Assembly (NCBI RefSeq): GCF_006345805.1
Contig: NC_043003.1
Coordinates: 33,728,001 to 33,792,000, forward strand
Length of the DNA stretch: 64,000 nucleotides
Direction of reading: 5' to 3'
Source of the DNA: Octopus sinensis
Taxonomy: Eukaryota
Position numbers and translations under genes: made by a program. Positions within the stretch are counted from its first letter, which is position 1, and every line of letters begins with the position of its first letter. A model generated the notes under the pieces. The model worked only from the letters and a program-made list of their open reading frames with translations, was not told where the DNA came from and made no database searches. This document shows, piece by piece, positions 26,231 to 38,821 of this stretch.

Positions 26231-27805
26231 GTATGTGTAGATTTACGTACGTATGAAGTTTTTGAATAGGATAAATAGAATTAGAAACGAGTTAAAATGT
26301 GTAGAAAAAAAAGCATCAAGTACTGAGTATTAGCATCTAATGTTAATGGACCTTTTCGCTATATCTCTAGGAATATATGGTATTTCATGACTGCTGAACT
26401 AAGGTGACAGACCATATACATCATTGTAATATTTAATTCTACAATGTTTGTGCTCGCGTAGGAAATATTTTTGTCTTTTAGCTTCGGTCGGCGTTATCTT
26501 TTCAAATTTATTGAGTTGAACCTAAGTAGAAAGTAAAACATGTTATAAGGTGTTATTTATTAAATGTAACATTTTATCTAACAGCTTGTAATGAATATTC
26601 ATTAATGTGGGTTTATTCTAATAAGAAAAACTGATAAACATCAATCGAACTTTACACTCCTTTTGACACAAGTAACTTCCTGACTGAAGTAATCTTTTCT
26701 TATAAAGACCAACGCCTCTTCTTCGGCAACTTTATTAGAAATTGTTCATAATACAACAAATCTATATTTACTATGTTAGTTAATCGTATTTCTTGAAATA
26801 GAATAGTAAATAATATGAACTGCAAATATTAGTCATAGCTAGAAAAACGATGTCTTATTTGAATTTGATAGTTAATTGTATTTGTAGACATCAAGACATA
26901 TGCATTTTGTGCCAAAGACTTCTTTATTGAAAAGCATTGCTTATATTGTCAGATGACTTAATTTTTGTATTGTTGATAATTAGAAATGATTTGAATGACA
27001 CAATGAAACAAAAAGCATAAATAGACAGGAAAAAGAAATATTCAAAAAAGATATATTGATTTTTATTACAAGAAACAAACTAAAATAATACTCTTAATAA
27101 AAAAAACCCTGAAATATTACTGTTAATATACACATTATCATAACCTTAATATTTTCCCTTCTTACAAAGAGGAAAACCATTTATTTGATTCAGAATTAAT
27201 ATTTAGATGACTGATTAAATGTCAACTTTAACTGTCCAATTCATAAACATCTATGTAATTTTGTGTTCTGCGCTAAAACTTAGATAAATGTATTATATGA
27301 CAGAAGACTAATTAATGGAAACAATCATAAGGTTTTAATTGAATATTTATGTATGATTAGGAATCTATTTGATTCCTTTCTCTTCCAATTTTCTATACGG
27401 GTAATCTCTGTTTATAATGATGGACGAAAATTTTACATGTATTTGTGAATGTTAAATATGGTACAAAGGCTGATAAATGTTTTACAACGTGTCCCTTTGT
27501 ATCAATGAATATTTTAAATTCGAGTACCTAGTTGCAATGCATGGTGCGCATTTATCCTGTCGAGATGGTAAAATTATCAAAGCGTTGGAATGAAGGGTCT
27601 GATGTATTTTTCTAGCTTTTTTATTGCATAATTCAAATTCCATAGCGTTCAGCTTTGCCTTTCATCCATCCATCAAGGTTGATAAAAAAACGTTACAGTC
27701 TACTTCTGTTATCCATGTCTCATCTCAATACTCTTCTTCTTCTTCTTCTTCTTCTTCTTCTTCTTCTTCTTCTTCTTCTCCTTCTTCTTCTCATTATTAT
27801 TATTG

Positions 27806-27864
<59 letters not shown>

Positions 27865-27865
27865 G

Positions 27866-28338
27866 AGTGAGAGAGCAGTGCATGCCATCAAAAGGACACT
27901 GGAGTAGAATATACGAAGCCCAGTATACACATCATGACTAGCCATCTGATAAGGGTACATCAGGCATATGCATCACAACCATATGTGCGCGACATGGTGA
28001 TACCATATCAAGATAAACAGCACATGACCTTGCAGGTGAGGCCCAGTTAGAATTTTCTTCTGGTGGAGTAGCCCATCCCGCTCAAAAGGTTCCTGAATAA
28101 GGATTGTTTAAGGATGTTGAACGAACCACCCATGTTTCTGGTGGGGAATTATCCAAATATCTAAGAGTTCCTCTCAACACATGACTATGATGCTCACCCA
28201 CTACTTCTGCTTGTAATGAGCGATGCACATATCGTCAGCCACTAAGGGACATGGTCAACTGGTTATGGTCAAACAACTGACAAGCTAATGTGTGGTATTG
28301 AGCAGAATATTTGCTGTAGCCCATCTTTTATACCAAGA
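27866..28338 (+). mobile_element. non-coding retro-element 3' module embedded in a (TTA)n tract
   Basis: Flanked by (TTA)n on both sides (27795-27865, 28339-28385). Homologous in inverted orientation to 29770-30110. Confidence 0.7.
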
Positions 28339-28353
28339 TTGTTATTATTATTA

Positions 28354-28385
<32 letters not shown>

Positions 28386-28554
28386 TGCTGGTGATGTGTA
28401 CACATCGAACTCACAGTGACCATTACGAGAAGAATTTAGCTTTCCCGAAAGCTAAATTCAGCATTCAGATAAACTCGCAAAGTTAGAAGTAATCCCTACA
28501 AAGTTGAAATAATGTTTGTGTTTTTACATTTGAACAGCATTTATATATATATAT

Positions 28555-28857
28555 AATGGCCCAGTGGTTAGGGCAGCGGCCTCGTGGTTGTAGGATCGCG
28601 GTTTCGATTCTCAAATAGGGCGTTGTGAGTGTTTATTGAGCGAAAACACCTAAAGCTCCATGAGGCTCCGGTAGGGGGTGGTGGCGATCCCTGCTGTACT
28701 CTTTCGCCACAACTTTCTCTCACTCTTTCTTCTGTTGGCCTGCTCGCTTAGCCAGCTAGGTGGCGTCACTTGAAAGCTAAAGCAATGCAAAGCGCATTGT
28801 GACCAGCGATGTTTAGCAACATCTGATAGCCTGGTCGGTCACGGTGATCACGGTGAT
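28555..28857 (+). mobile_element. SINE family C, tail type 2
   Basis: Same head and body as 4369 up to CACTCTTTCTTCT, then a different tail ending GGTCACGGTGATCACGGTGATA. Confidence 0.9.
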
Positions 28858-28923
28858 ATATATATATGCATATATTAGGTCATTCCATAAATAATGCAGT
28901 TTTATATACTCATTCACTCATGT

Positions 28924-29316
28924 TCTTGTTTCAGTCATTTGACTGTGGCCATGCTGGAGCACCGCCTTTAGTCGATGAGATCGACCCCGGGACTTATTCT
29001 TTGTAAGCCTAGTACTTATTCTATCGGTCTCTTTTGCCGAACCGCTAAGTTACAGGGACGTAAACACACCAGCATCGGTTGTCAAGCGATGGGGGGGGGG
29101 GGGGGGACAAACACAACACATAAACACACACATATATATATATACATATATACGACGGGCTTCTTTCAGTTTCCGTCTACCAAATCCACTCACAAGGCTT
29201 TGGTCGGCCCAAGGCTATAGTAGAAGACACTTGCCCAAGGTGCCATGCAGTGGGACTGAACCCGGAACCATGTGGTTCATAAGCAAGCTACTTACCACAC
29301 AGCCACTCCTACGCCT
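28924..29316 (-). mobile_element. tRNA/CORE SINE family B (bipartite, internal microsatellite)
   Basis: Minus head AGGCGTAGGAGTGGCTGTGTGG, B-box GGTTCAGTCC, CORE-like GCACCTTGGGCAAGTGTCTTC. Relatives at about 51740-52090 (+) and 62490-62800 (-). Confidence 0.9.
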
Positions 29317-29769
29317 ATACTTCATTTATTTTTCAAAATTAAGATAAAGTTCGCTTTTAATCTAACATGTACTCACCTTCATTTTCTAAAATACTCTACC
29401 TACAAACACCGGTGACATATCAAACAACCATTTGTCACTTTTTTTAAATACGATATGGGTGGGCCTTATGCCCAATGGAATGGGTACGCCATGGGCATGA
29501 AGACTGATAACACCTTCAAAACAAAATAGAAGAAATATCAGACTTGTGTTCTGTAGGAATTTCTGAGATGGCGACCCTACCGCTCATTCTCCAAGGTAGA
29601 CGACGTTGCAGCTACATAAACGGCGGTGTGCGGACTCAGAGACGACAAACCCTAAAAACAAAAGTAATCACAGCGACGTGAAGGTGGCTACCTGTCAAAC
29701 TCCAGGACGTCTACCACCATCAGCGAATGTTGACATCAAAACTACTACTACTACTACTACTACTACTAT

Positions 29770-30110
29770 TGATTTCTCTTGTATAAAAGATCTGCTACAG
29801 CAAATATTCACCGCAATACCACAGATTTGCTTGTCAGTTGTGTGGCCTTAACAATTTGAGCATGTCCCTTGATGGCTGATCATATGTGCATCACTGGTCA
29901 TGGGTAGAGATAGTGGGGGAGCATCATAATCATATACTAACAAAAATTCTTTGAGGTTTGAATAATTCACCTCCGGAAACATGGGTATTTCGTTCAACAT
30001 CCTTATTCGGGGACTATTTGAAAGGGATGGGTTACTCGAACTGAATTCTAACAGATCTTCCCTGCTCTCTTTTTCAACAATAGTCATAATAACATCACCT
30101 GCAGTGTTTC
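29770..30110 (-). mobile_element. second copy of the 27866-28338 module, with a (TAG)n tail
   Basis: Shares TAAGGATGTTGAACGAA..CCCATGTTTC and GAATATTTGCTGTAGC with 28110-28330. The tail is the (CTA)n tract at about 29743-29768. Confidence 0.75.
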
Positions 30111-32205
30111 CTGGCTGTGAGAAGATGTATTTCCACTTCTAAGCCCTTTCACCGTTTCCCTTTGGTATAGAATGAACCAAATTTCGGCGTCTGGCCACTG
30201 GAATGAGAACAGATGCTCACCGCTCTCTACTAGTCAGACAATAGGTTCATTGAGAGTTCCATTTCGTAATATATCGAGAGGCAATTGTGTGTAAGGGCAA
30301 AGAAATTCTCGCAAAAACTCTAGGAAGAAATAGCGAAATAGCAGGTCGAATTTAGAATCTTTTCGGTTTGAGACTACTGGGGTTATCTTCAAAATTCCTA
30401 GACATAGTAGTGATACCATTGGACATTACGCTCCCGAAGTAAACACTGCATGTACGGAAGTGCCGCAAAATATTTTTCCGAGATGAGTGCAGTGTAAGGA
30501 AATTGTCATACGCGAATACGTGATTTGACCGAGCAATTTTGATTTCTGGTGTTATGTCAAACAGCTGTTGTTGCATGCAGAGTGGCTGTGGCTATCGGGT
30601 GAGTCTATCGTGTATATCGCTCCACAGCCCACTTTCAACATGATAGTGCAAGCAGTGTTCTTCTGTTTCAGTGCTAAGTCGAAATATGTTGTTTGGAGAA
30701 AGCCCCGAGAGCAGAGAGTTTTCTTTTCTGTCAGCCATTATCATCTCCATGATCTACTTGGAAAGGAAAGTCTTGATGGAAAGCGTATTCTAACCTCCAG
30801 TAAACGTTTTTCTTTTTCTATATAGCTCTTGATAATCATATATATATATTTCCTCCATTACCTGCCAAGTCAGTTTGATGGGCATGTTTTGCATTGTGAC
30901 CATCTAACAAGTGCGTTCCGTGTGTGTTATAAGCTTTAATCACGTTCCACGTTTATATGATGACTTATTGTTACTCAATAGACACAGCAGTAATTTAAGC
31001 ATGTCTGATAATATGTAAGTAAATTCAGTGAAAAATATATAATTTAAAATCATATTGACCGGAGGGCAGATTGGTCGAAAAACACATTTTTAGAAAGGAA
31101 TATTTGCGGTACAATATGAGATGAAAAATGGTAGATATACTAATTGAATAACTCTTATATGAAAAAAGAAACGGCTGAATATTAATGGAAATATACTTTT
31201 GAAATAAATTAATAGAAACAATTTAGAATTATGGTCGTGCATACAATCTTATTTAAAACTTTTACTTTAAATTGATTAGTAATGTCAACGCTAAAAATAT
31301 AAATTTGTGCTTTTGATCAATAGTAGCGGATACGCTTATAATTTTGCCTCTTAGCATATAAATAACATTAAAGGTTATAAAAATATCACTCAAGAGAGTA
31401 CAAAACCTCCCCACGCTGAAAATGTAAATTAGGACAAAACCTTCGCAATTAAAGAAAAAACAAAACTGTAATAATTAATATTTTCATAAAGAAAAATTAT
31501 AAATAATTAAATAATTAATTTACTAATTATTTAATTTTAGTAGTTTGAATTGAAAATTTTGTGAGCAAGTGAAAGAGTGCAATACTAAAATATTCGCTAA
31601 TCATATTAATTTCATTATAGAAAGCGAATGAATTATTTTCTAATGCTTTCAGTATTAAGTCTTAGACAGAATGTTTAACACACTGTGTTCGTCATTGTAT
31701 TCACTTGCTAACCTTTATTATAGAAGTGGAGTTAGTAATCACCGGGAAGTGAGAATAGGCTAATATGCGAAGCGCTTTACTACAACAAAAGTAGAATATT
31801 TAATTTCCAAAATTAGTGAAGATATGTAGCTAGCGGCTGGGTAAATGTCATGTAAAATGAAAACCACAATTTTCTAGGGAGCTTCTGCGCCTGCGATCCG
31901 ATAACCCAATCTGTAATGAAAAGAAAAAAATAGGAAAGCATAACTCCAGTGTCATTCTCTATAAAATCAATAGACATTTCAATTCAAACCATTGAGAAGT
32001 AATACTCAACTACAAAGAAATCCTTATAAGCCAACTTTTCCGAGAACTGTTGAAGTATTAGCTATACTGGAAATTTTTACAAAACCATTTGGCGGAGAAC
32101 AATTTGGGAATATTATCGGTGGCGATAATACGGAATAATACTATTCCCCAAATTCTGTAAATATGTTTAAAAAGAAGTTTAAGTTACGAATAATATATTG
32201 TACAC

Positions 32206-32414
32206 AAAGTGATAGTATTTTGTCAACTTATGTGACAGTCCCATGAAAGGGAAGAATACTAGTTATTTATCCCTAGGAAATACCATTTCCTGTGTCATGT
32301 TTTCAAAGTGAATATAAGGACACAGGAAATGTGTCAAGTCCAACAGGAAACGGTGCTTCCTAGGGCTACATTTTATGGGACTGTCACATTAAGTTGACAA
32401 CATACTATCACTTT
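32206..32414. mobile_element. short fold-back MITE with nested inverted repeats
   Basis: AAAGTGATAGTATTTTGTCAACTTATGTGACAGTCCCAT... pairs with ...ATGGGACTGTCACATTAAGTTGACAACATACTATCACTTT. Inner inverted pairs are CCCTAGGAA/TTCCTAGGG and CATTTCCTGTGTC/GACACAGGAAATG. Confidence 0.8.
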
Positions 32415-33986
32415 ATTGTGCTGCTACTGCATAAATCTCTCTGAGAGATTTAGAAATGTATTATGTCTATATTGTAAATATGTGAATGTATGAATAGGTA
32501 CATTTATAGATATATGCGCGCGCACTCGTGTGTGTCTGTGTGTATGTATACACCCACACACCCACACACAAATGTTATAATGTGAAAAGTTGGAATGAAC
32601 AGACTTTAATCCAGATCACAACAATTCTTTTTGCGCATTACCATCAGCTGTTAGTTGCTGAGTGCTTCACATATTATATATATACTATAATATAAATATT
32701 ATGTATGTTCCAGTGATTTTACACGTCATCAGGTGATAAGCTTTGAGAGCGCTGCTATATCACCTATAATTTGCCATTGTTTTATACCCATACTCTATTT
32801 TTAGCATTCCATTAATCTCACGTATATTCAAATTGACACAAGTCATATATAATATGAAAATGAATTAATGGAAATCAAAAGTTATAAATTATAACATAAA
32901 TAGAAAAAAATGAATCAATTGAAATAAAATATCAAAGGTATAAAATATAAATTAATACAACCTCATATCCACTCCTTTCTTAAATAGAAATGTTTTATGA
33001 AGATAGATTAACACACTAAGAAAATAATGTTTCCAAAATATAAACCAGAGGAATTCCTTATCTCTTTTGCGTGTAAAAGTTTTTCTTCAAAGGATGCGTG
33101 TTCAAAATATTACCCCCTAAATGTTGCCCCTGCTGGAAACCAGCTTGTCTACCTGCTTGCTAGTGAACCTAATTTTATCTGTCCTTGGTTCTTATTACAG
33201 TCGTAAATTTAGTCAAAGATTGTATCACATATGAAAAGTTTATTGGCCTTCTCTGTTATACATAACTCATGTCCATTTAATTGCTTTATACTTAGAAATT
33301 TTCAGAAGATGGAATATACGGGAATTTTTTATTAATCTCGACAATTGTTTCGACACATCTAGCATCGATTCCTCTTGGGTGGGACACTCAACAACTGGTT
33401 CAGGAGCATCCAGTGGTGCAGATGTATTTCGTCTGGTGATAAATAAATACAACTCGTTAAAATCACTGTTCCGCAATGTAACTTTCCGTTTTGTAGTGAG
33501 AAAAGTAGCAAGACAGAGGAAGTATCTTCCTTTATATAGAAGATAAAAAATAAAATCACAGATGACAAAAAGAGAAACGAAACACTCAATCCAGCGAGAT
33601 AAATATTAAAGAAAACCGTTAACAGGTATGGATGTATAATCGTACTCGGGTAAGCTACATGGTGCGAGTACACTCGCTCATGCAAGCATCCGCAAAATTG
33701 TAAACATACGCACACGTGAGGTTTGGTGCACGCATGATCACAAAGCGAGTTATTTATCAATTAGCCAGCGTGCGAAACCAGTTCAGGAAAAAAATTTATA
33801 TATATATATATATATATATAGTAACTGCTAATAAGAACTGACTTGGACAGTGACCCCCAACACCACCACCACCATCACCACCGCCATCCATTCGACAAGA
33901 ACATGGAAATCAGATAATAAATGATGAGGACAATGTCATTTATTGTACCTTGCAGCTAGTATCTATCAAAAAGAGAATGCGAGAGA

Positions 33987-34026
<40 letters not shown>

Positions 34027-34819
34027 CAGCAAAGAAACAATGGCTGTCTCAGTAGCAAGCCAGTGTTGCTAATATTATGATTATCATATATGTTGTTATT
34101 ATCGATATTTTATTACCTCATATCTGTAACGGTCAATCGCCCACGGTATGTATGTTTACAAAACGTGTGCTGCCATTTATTTATGAACAATCGCCTACGG
34201 TATGTTTATATCGAAAGTTGATGCGATAAATTGCTTATAATTACCGATAATAAAATAAAGTTATACAGGTAAGTGGAGGAATTAAAACATTATTTTAGTG
34301 TTAATTTATTTTACAAAAGTATAGCTTAGGCTAGGGTACGTCCTGTGCACTTGTGAGACTTGTAGGCCATCAAATACAGTAATTTGGAAAAGAGTGTCCA
34401 GTAGAACTGTTACAAAAAGTTCGCCTCCTTGGCACGGCCAGAATAATCAGGAAAGTATTAGATAGCTGAAAACAACGAATAATATGATACCGTAGGTTGC
34501 ACTTAGTAAACCCACTACCCATGCTTTACTCCGGGAGCTCCAGAAAAACATGTGATAAAGAGATAATGATATAATAATAACCATTTCTATTATAGGCACA
34601 ACACCTGAAATTTGGGAGTGGGATGCGGCTCGATGAAATTGAAACCAGTAGGCAACTGGTACTTATTTTATGAACCCCGAATAATGAAAGGCAAAGCTGA
34701 GCTTGGCGGTGTCACTAAACAATTCGGTCGGCGTTCTAACGATTCTACCAGCTCGGCGCCTTATAAACACAACAACAATATAATAATAATAGTAATAATA
34801 ATAGTAATTATTATTATTT

Positions 34820-35840
34820 TTAAAATTTATTTTTATTTTTATTCTTATTTGTTTATTGGCCACCAGAATGAACACAAAATGTAGAGGACAATACACAGAC
34901 GAGGGACAGTGAGGTAAAACTTCTAAACCACCAACAAACACAACCATTAACAAAGAGATTAAATTAAAAATATGCTTCTCCAATAGAGGTGAGTTCCACA
35001 GTAAGGCCACCTTAACACGCTCTTTGGACCCCTTTACACCAACGGCTCCTGAGGAAGGCAACCTTTCTTCTTTCCTTCCGGCCTACAGGCGCTCACTTAG
35101 AGTAGGCTCATTCACGCGGGCCATTTTTACAACATTCACTCACCTTTCAGCGAACTTACTGGGTGATAGTACCTCCCTCTCCAGCCTCATTTTCCTTTTC
35201 AGGTGGAACCTAGAACAATTAATGAGGCCTTGACCAAAGAGGAAGTTACCCGTCTTCAACCCTTTCAATTGCTTCCACCACACAACCTCCTCTTTGCCAT
35301 AGCCACCAGACAGAAAAATTGCCCTCCCTTGCCGGTCAAACGAAGGAGGCGGAGCGATCTTCACAATGGACTCGGACGATAGCCGGATCCGTCCTTCGCG
35401 TGACAATAACTGTTCGACAAATTTCCATGAGTCAGCAATGCGCGGACACTGTACGAGAGCATGCAAAACGGTTTCATCGCTCCGCGTGCCTCTCGGACAA
35501 GCCCGACTGATTGTACACCGGTGCCTGTAGTGCTTATCTCGAACCGGCAGCGATCCCCGGTAGCACTGCCAGGCGAAAGATTTCTGGAATTTAACTATAG
35601 TTGCCAGCCCGAAAGTCCTCCAGAAGAGACTAGCCAGTTGATCTGATCTTCCTGTCCGAGTACGTCTCCAGGACCTCTCCGAGTACGTCGTCGCTCTTGC
35701 TCTTCACTAATCCCCTATAGAACTCCGTGGTGCAACTTCCACCAAGTGCATAGCCCGATGGGCCGAGGACTGTGAGTGTTTGGAGACACGCTTGATGCCA
35801 AGCGCCCTGCCTCGGTCTGCGCCTGATGCAGGACTGACAA
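34820..35840 (-). mobile_element. L1/Tx1-clade LINE ORF2 C-terminus (zf-RVT), 3' UTR and A-rich tail
   Basis: Minus frame FQKSFAWQCYRGSLPVRDKHYRH..RACPRGTRSDETVLHALVQCPRIADSWKFVEQ.. is a decayed CxxC-H-C zinc knuckle. It is followed by AATAAA and an A-rich tail near 34850. Confidence 0.88.
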
Positions 35841-35844
35841 TCCT

Positions 35845-35966
35845 TTCTATGATAAACACAAGACCTGAAATTTTGGGGGAGGGGGACAATCGATTAGATC
35901 GACCCCAGTACGCAACTTGTGCATAATTTATCAACTCAGAAAGAATGATAGGTAAAGTCGACCTTC

Positions 35967-36006
<40 letters not shown>

Positions 36007-36215
36007 GTAATTGTTTCAAAGTTTAGCACGAAGCCAGCAACTTTAGAACAAAGTGCTAGTCGATTACGTCAACCCTAATAGACACTAGCACATATTTTAT
36101 CAACCTCGAAAGTATAAAAGTCTATGTAGACCTCGGCGGAATCTGAACTCAGAACGTAACATCAGATGATATGTCACTAAACAATTTATCTTTCGTGCTA
36201 ACGGGTCTGCCGGTT
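35845..36215 (-). mobile_element. two SINE family A copies separated by (AAT)n
   Basis: Reverse-complement central and B-box motifs (GATCGACCCCAGTACGCAAC; CCTCGGCGGAATCTGAACTCAGAACG). Confidence 0.8.
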
Positions 36216-36227
36216 CATTGCCAAAAT

Positions 36228-36244
36228 AACAATAATAATAATAA

Positions 36245-36300
<56 letters not shown>

Positions 36301-36556
36301 ATAGTAGTAGTAGTAGTAGTAGGAGAGGAGGAGGAGGAGGAGGAGGAGAGGGAGATGGTGGTGGAGGAGGAGGTAGAGGTGGTGGTGGAGGAGGAGTAGG
36401 AGTAGGAGTAGTAGTGGGAATAATAATAATAATTATAATAATAATAATAACAATAATAATAAGAATAAGAATAAGAATAAAAATAAGAAGAAGAGAAGAA
36501 GAAGAAGAAGAAGAAGAAGAAGAAGAAGAAGAAGAAGAAGAAGAAGAAGAAGAAGA
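36228..36556. repeat. (AAT)(AGT)(AGG)(GGT)(AAT)(AAG) compound array
   Basis: Directly visible. Confidence 0.97.
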
Positions 36557-37021
36557 AAATGAACAATGTTAATCATAATGTGAAAAAAACATTCTAAATG
36601 AAGCATAGAAGATATTAAAAACTCAATAAACAGAAAAGCAAAACGACATAGGCTTATATTGTTTCCACTATAGACACTATTAAACAGAGAATGCATTTGT
36701 CTGGCATGCTTTCAGTTCTCTTGGCGATTAAAGAGAAACAAACGAAATGCAAATAACCGAAAAAAATTATCAACAATACACATTCGAATTTAGATATCAA
36801 CGAGGAAAAATTCTCTTCACAATAACAAAAATATCATCAAATGTTTTACATGTCTATAGACGAGTATACGCACATTCACACAGAAGCACACTGTATAAAT
36901 ATATGCTTATTCTACGCCTACCCCAAACACACTTACATACGCATTTTCGTTCGGGGATAATCGCAATCATTTCCATACGTACATACGTACATACATACAT
37001 ACATACACACACGTATATAAA

Positions 37022-37060
<39 letters not shown>

Positions 37061-37067
37061 TCATGTA

Positions 37068-37114
<47 letters not shown>

Positions 37115-38415
37115 ATATATATATATATACACGTATATATGTATATGCATATATACGTATACTTATGTTTATATATATATATATACATATGTATATACAT
37201 ATAGATATGATTATATATATAATCTATGTATGTGTGTGTGTGTTTCTGTGTATGTATGTATGTAAACATCCAAACATGCATATATACATACACACGTATA
37301 TATATGCATATATATATATATATATATATATTTATGTAAACATATATACATATATATATATATATACACGTATATATATATGCATAGGTATATACATACA
37401 CTTATGTGTATATATATATACACATAAGTATATACATATAGATATGATTATATATATACTCCATGTATCTATGTGTGTGTTTCTCTGTGTGTGTGTGTAT
37501 GTATGCATCTATGTATGTATGCATGTATTTATATGAACTATTAAAATACATAAATAGCAGTATATACGACATCGTTCTTGAAAAGTAAATTATGTTTTAA
37601 TGCTATTGAATCAAATGTGGAAAAAAACTATGTATAATGAATAGCTTCGCGGAAATACAAATACGTAGAATATTTATACCCAAGAGTGTTTGTAAACGCT
37701 GCACAATTAGCGTTTACATTTATATATGTATATTTCATGCTCGTATGTATAATTTTCAAAGCACATTTCTCCTATGACACGTCTTCAATAATGTGATAAC
37801 TGATGGTTAAGGGAGATAATCCTTTGATTAATGCTTTTAACAACAAGGATTTTTTAATACAAATATTTGAAATTGTCAGTAATCTACTGTAGAGCAAAAT
37901 GGGAGAATAAGTTGTTAATTTAATGTTCAAATCTTTTATGAAGATCATTGTATTTGGTTTTTCTTTTGCTGTACAAATCAATGCTAATCTCGAAGCCTAA
38001 TAATATGAAGTGGGGCTCCACGTTCAACGGATCGAGGACCATTTCGGGGCTATAGATCACTTCACGTCAAACCACGGAGAAAGAACAACTTGTTAAATCC
38101 TATCCTTACTTTGTCTGTCGCAGACTTCAGGGTCTTGAGCTGTTCCGTTGATCGTAAGCGACGGAGTGCCAGGTTTATATACGTATATAATATATATGTA
38201 TTATAGTGTGGCGGCGTGCGGATTCTTACCGCGCCGGAAAAAAATTGCTTAGGAGCTTTCCTTCCGGCTTTACGTTTTTTGCTTCACGCAAACTATAGTG
38301 GTGAAATACGTATATACATACATACATGTGTACATACATATATACATATATATTATATATATACATATATATGTATGTGTATATATATGTATATATATAT
38401 GTAGATATATATATA

Positions 38416-38455
<40 letters not shown>

Positions 38456-38548
38456 TATATATGTAGGTCCCGGGTTGATTCGGGGTTAACCACAGTAAAT
38501 AAGGTACTCAATACATAGCAGAGTAAAATTAATTTATTATATAGAAGG

Positions 38549-38599
38549 AGCTTCTACAGGACTAGAACTGTTTCATTCAAGAGAAATCTTCAGGAAGCT
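38549..38599 (-). ncRNA. type I hammerhead ribozyme (mirror copy)
   Basis: Exact reverse complement of 38771-38821. Confidence 0.85.
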
Positions 38600-38770
38600 A
38601 GTTAACAAGAATTGTATTGGCATTTATACATTTAGGCAGGTTTAAAGGGGTGTTGGTGGGGGACTTTTTGGGGGTAGGCATTTGCGCTATGCCTACCCCC
38701 AAAAAGTCCCCCACCAACACCCCTTTAAACCTGCCTAAATGTATAAATGCCAATACAATTCTTGTTAACT

Positions 38771-38821
38771 AGCTTCCTGAAGATTTCTCTTGAATGAAAC
38801 AGTTCTAGTCCTGTAGAAGCT
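38771..38821 (+). ncRNA. type I hammerhead ribozyme
   Basis: Stem I AGCTTC/GAAGCT, core CTGAAGA (38777-83), stem II TTC-TCTT-GAA, GAAAC (38796-800), stem III ACAG/CTGT, cleavage triplet GUA (38813-15). One non-canonical U-U at the base of stem II. Confidence 0.85.

Noticed and set aside
26372-26540. Two small plus-strand frames that could splice to NIWYFMTAELSFGRRYLFKFIEL
   Set aside because: Weak donor sites and no recognisable protein.
29450-29745. Possible RTE 3' fragment (..LQGRRR..) ending at (CTA)n
   Set aside because: Similarity is limited to a few residues, and the tail is equally explained by the adjacent minus-strand module.
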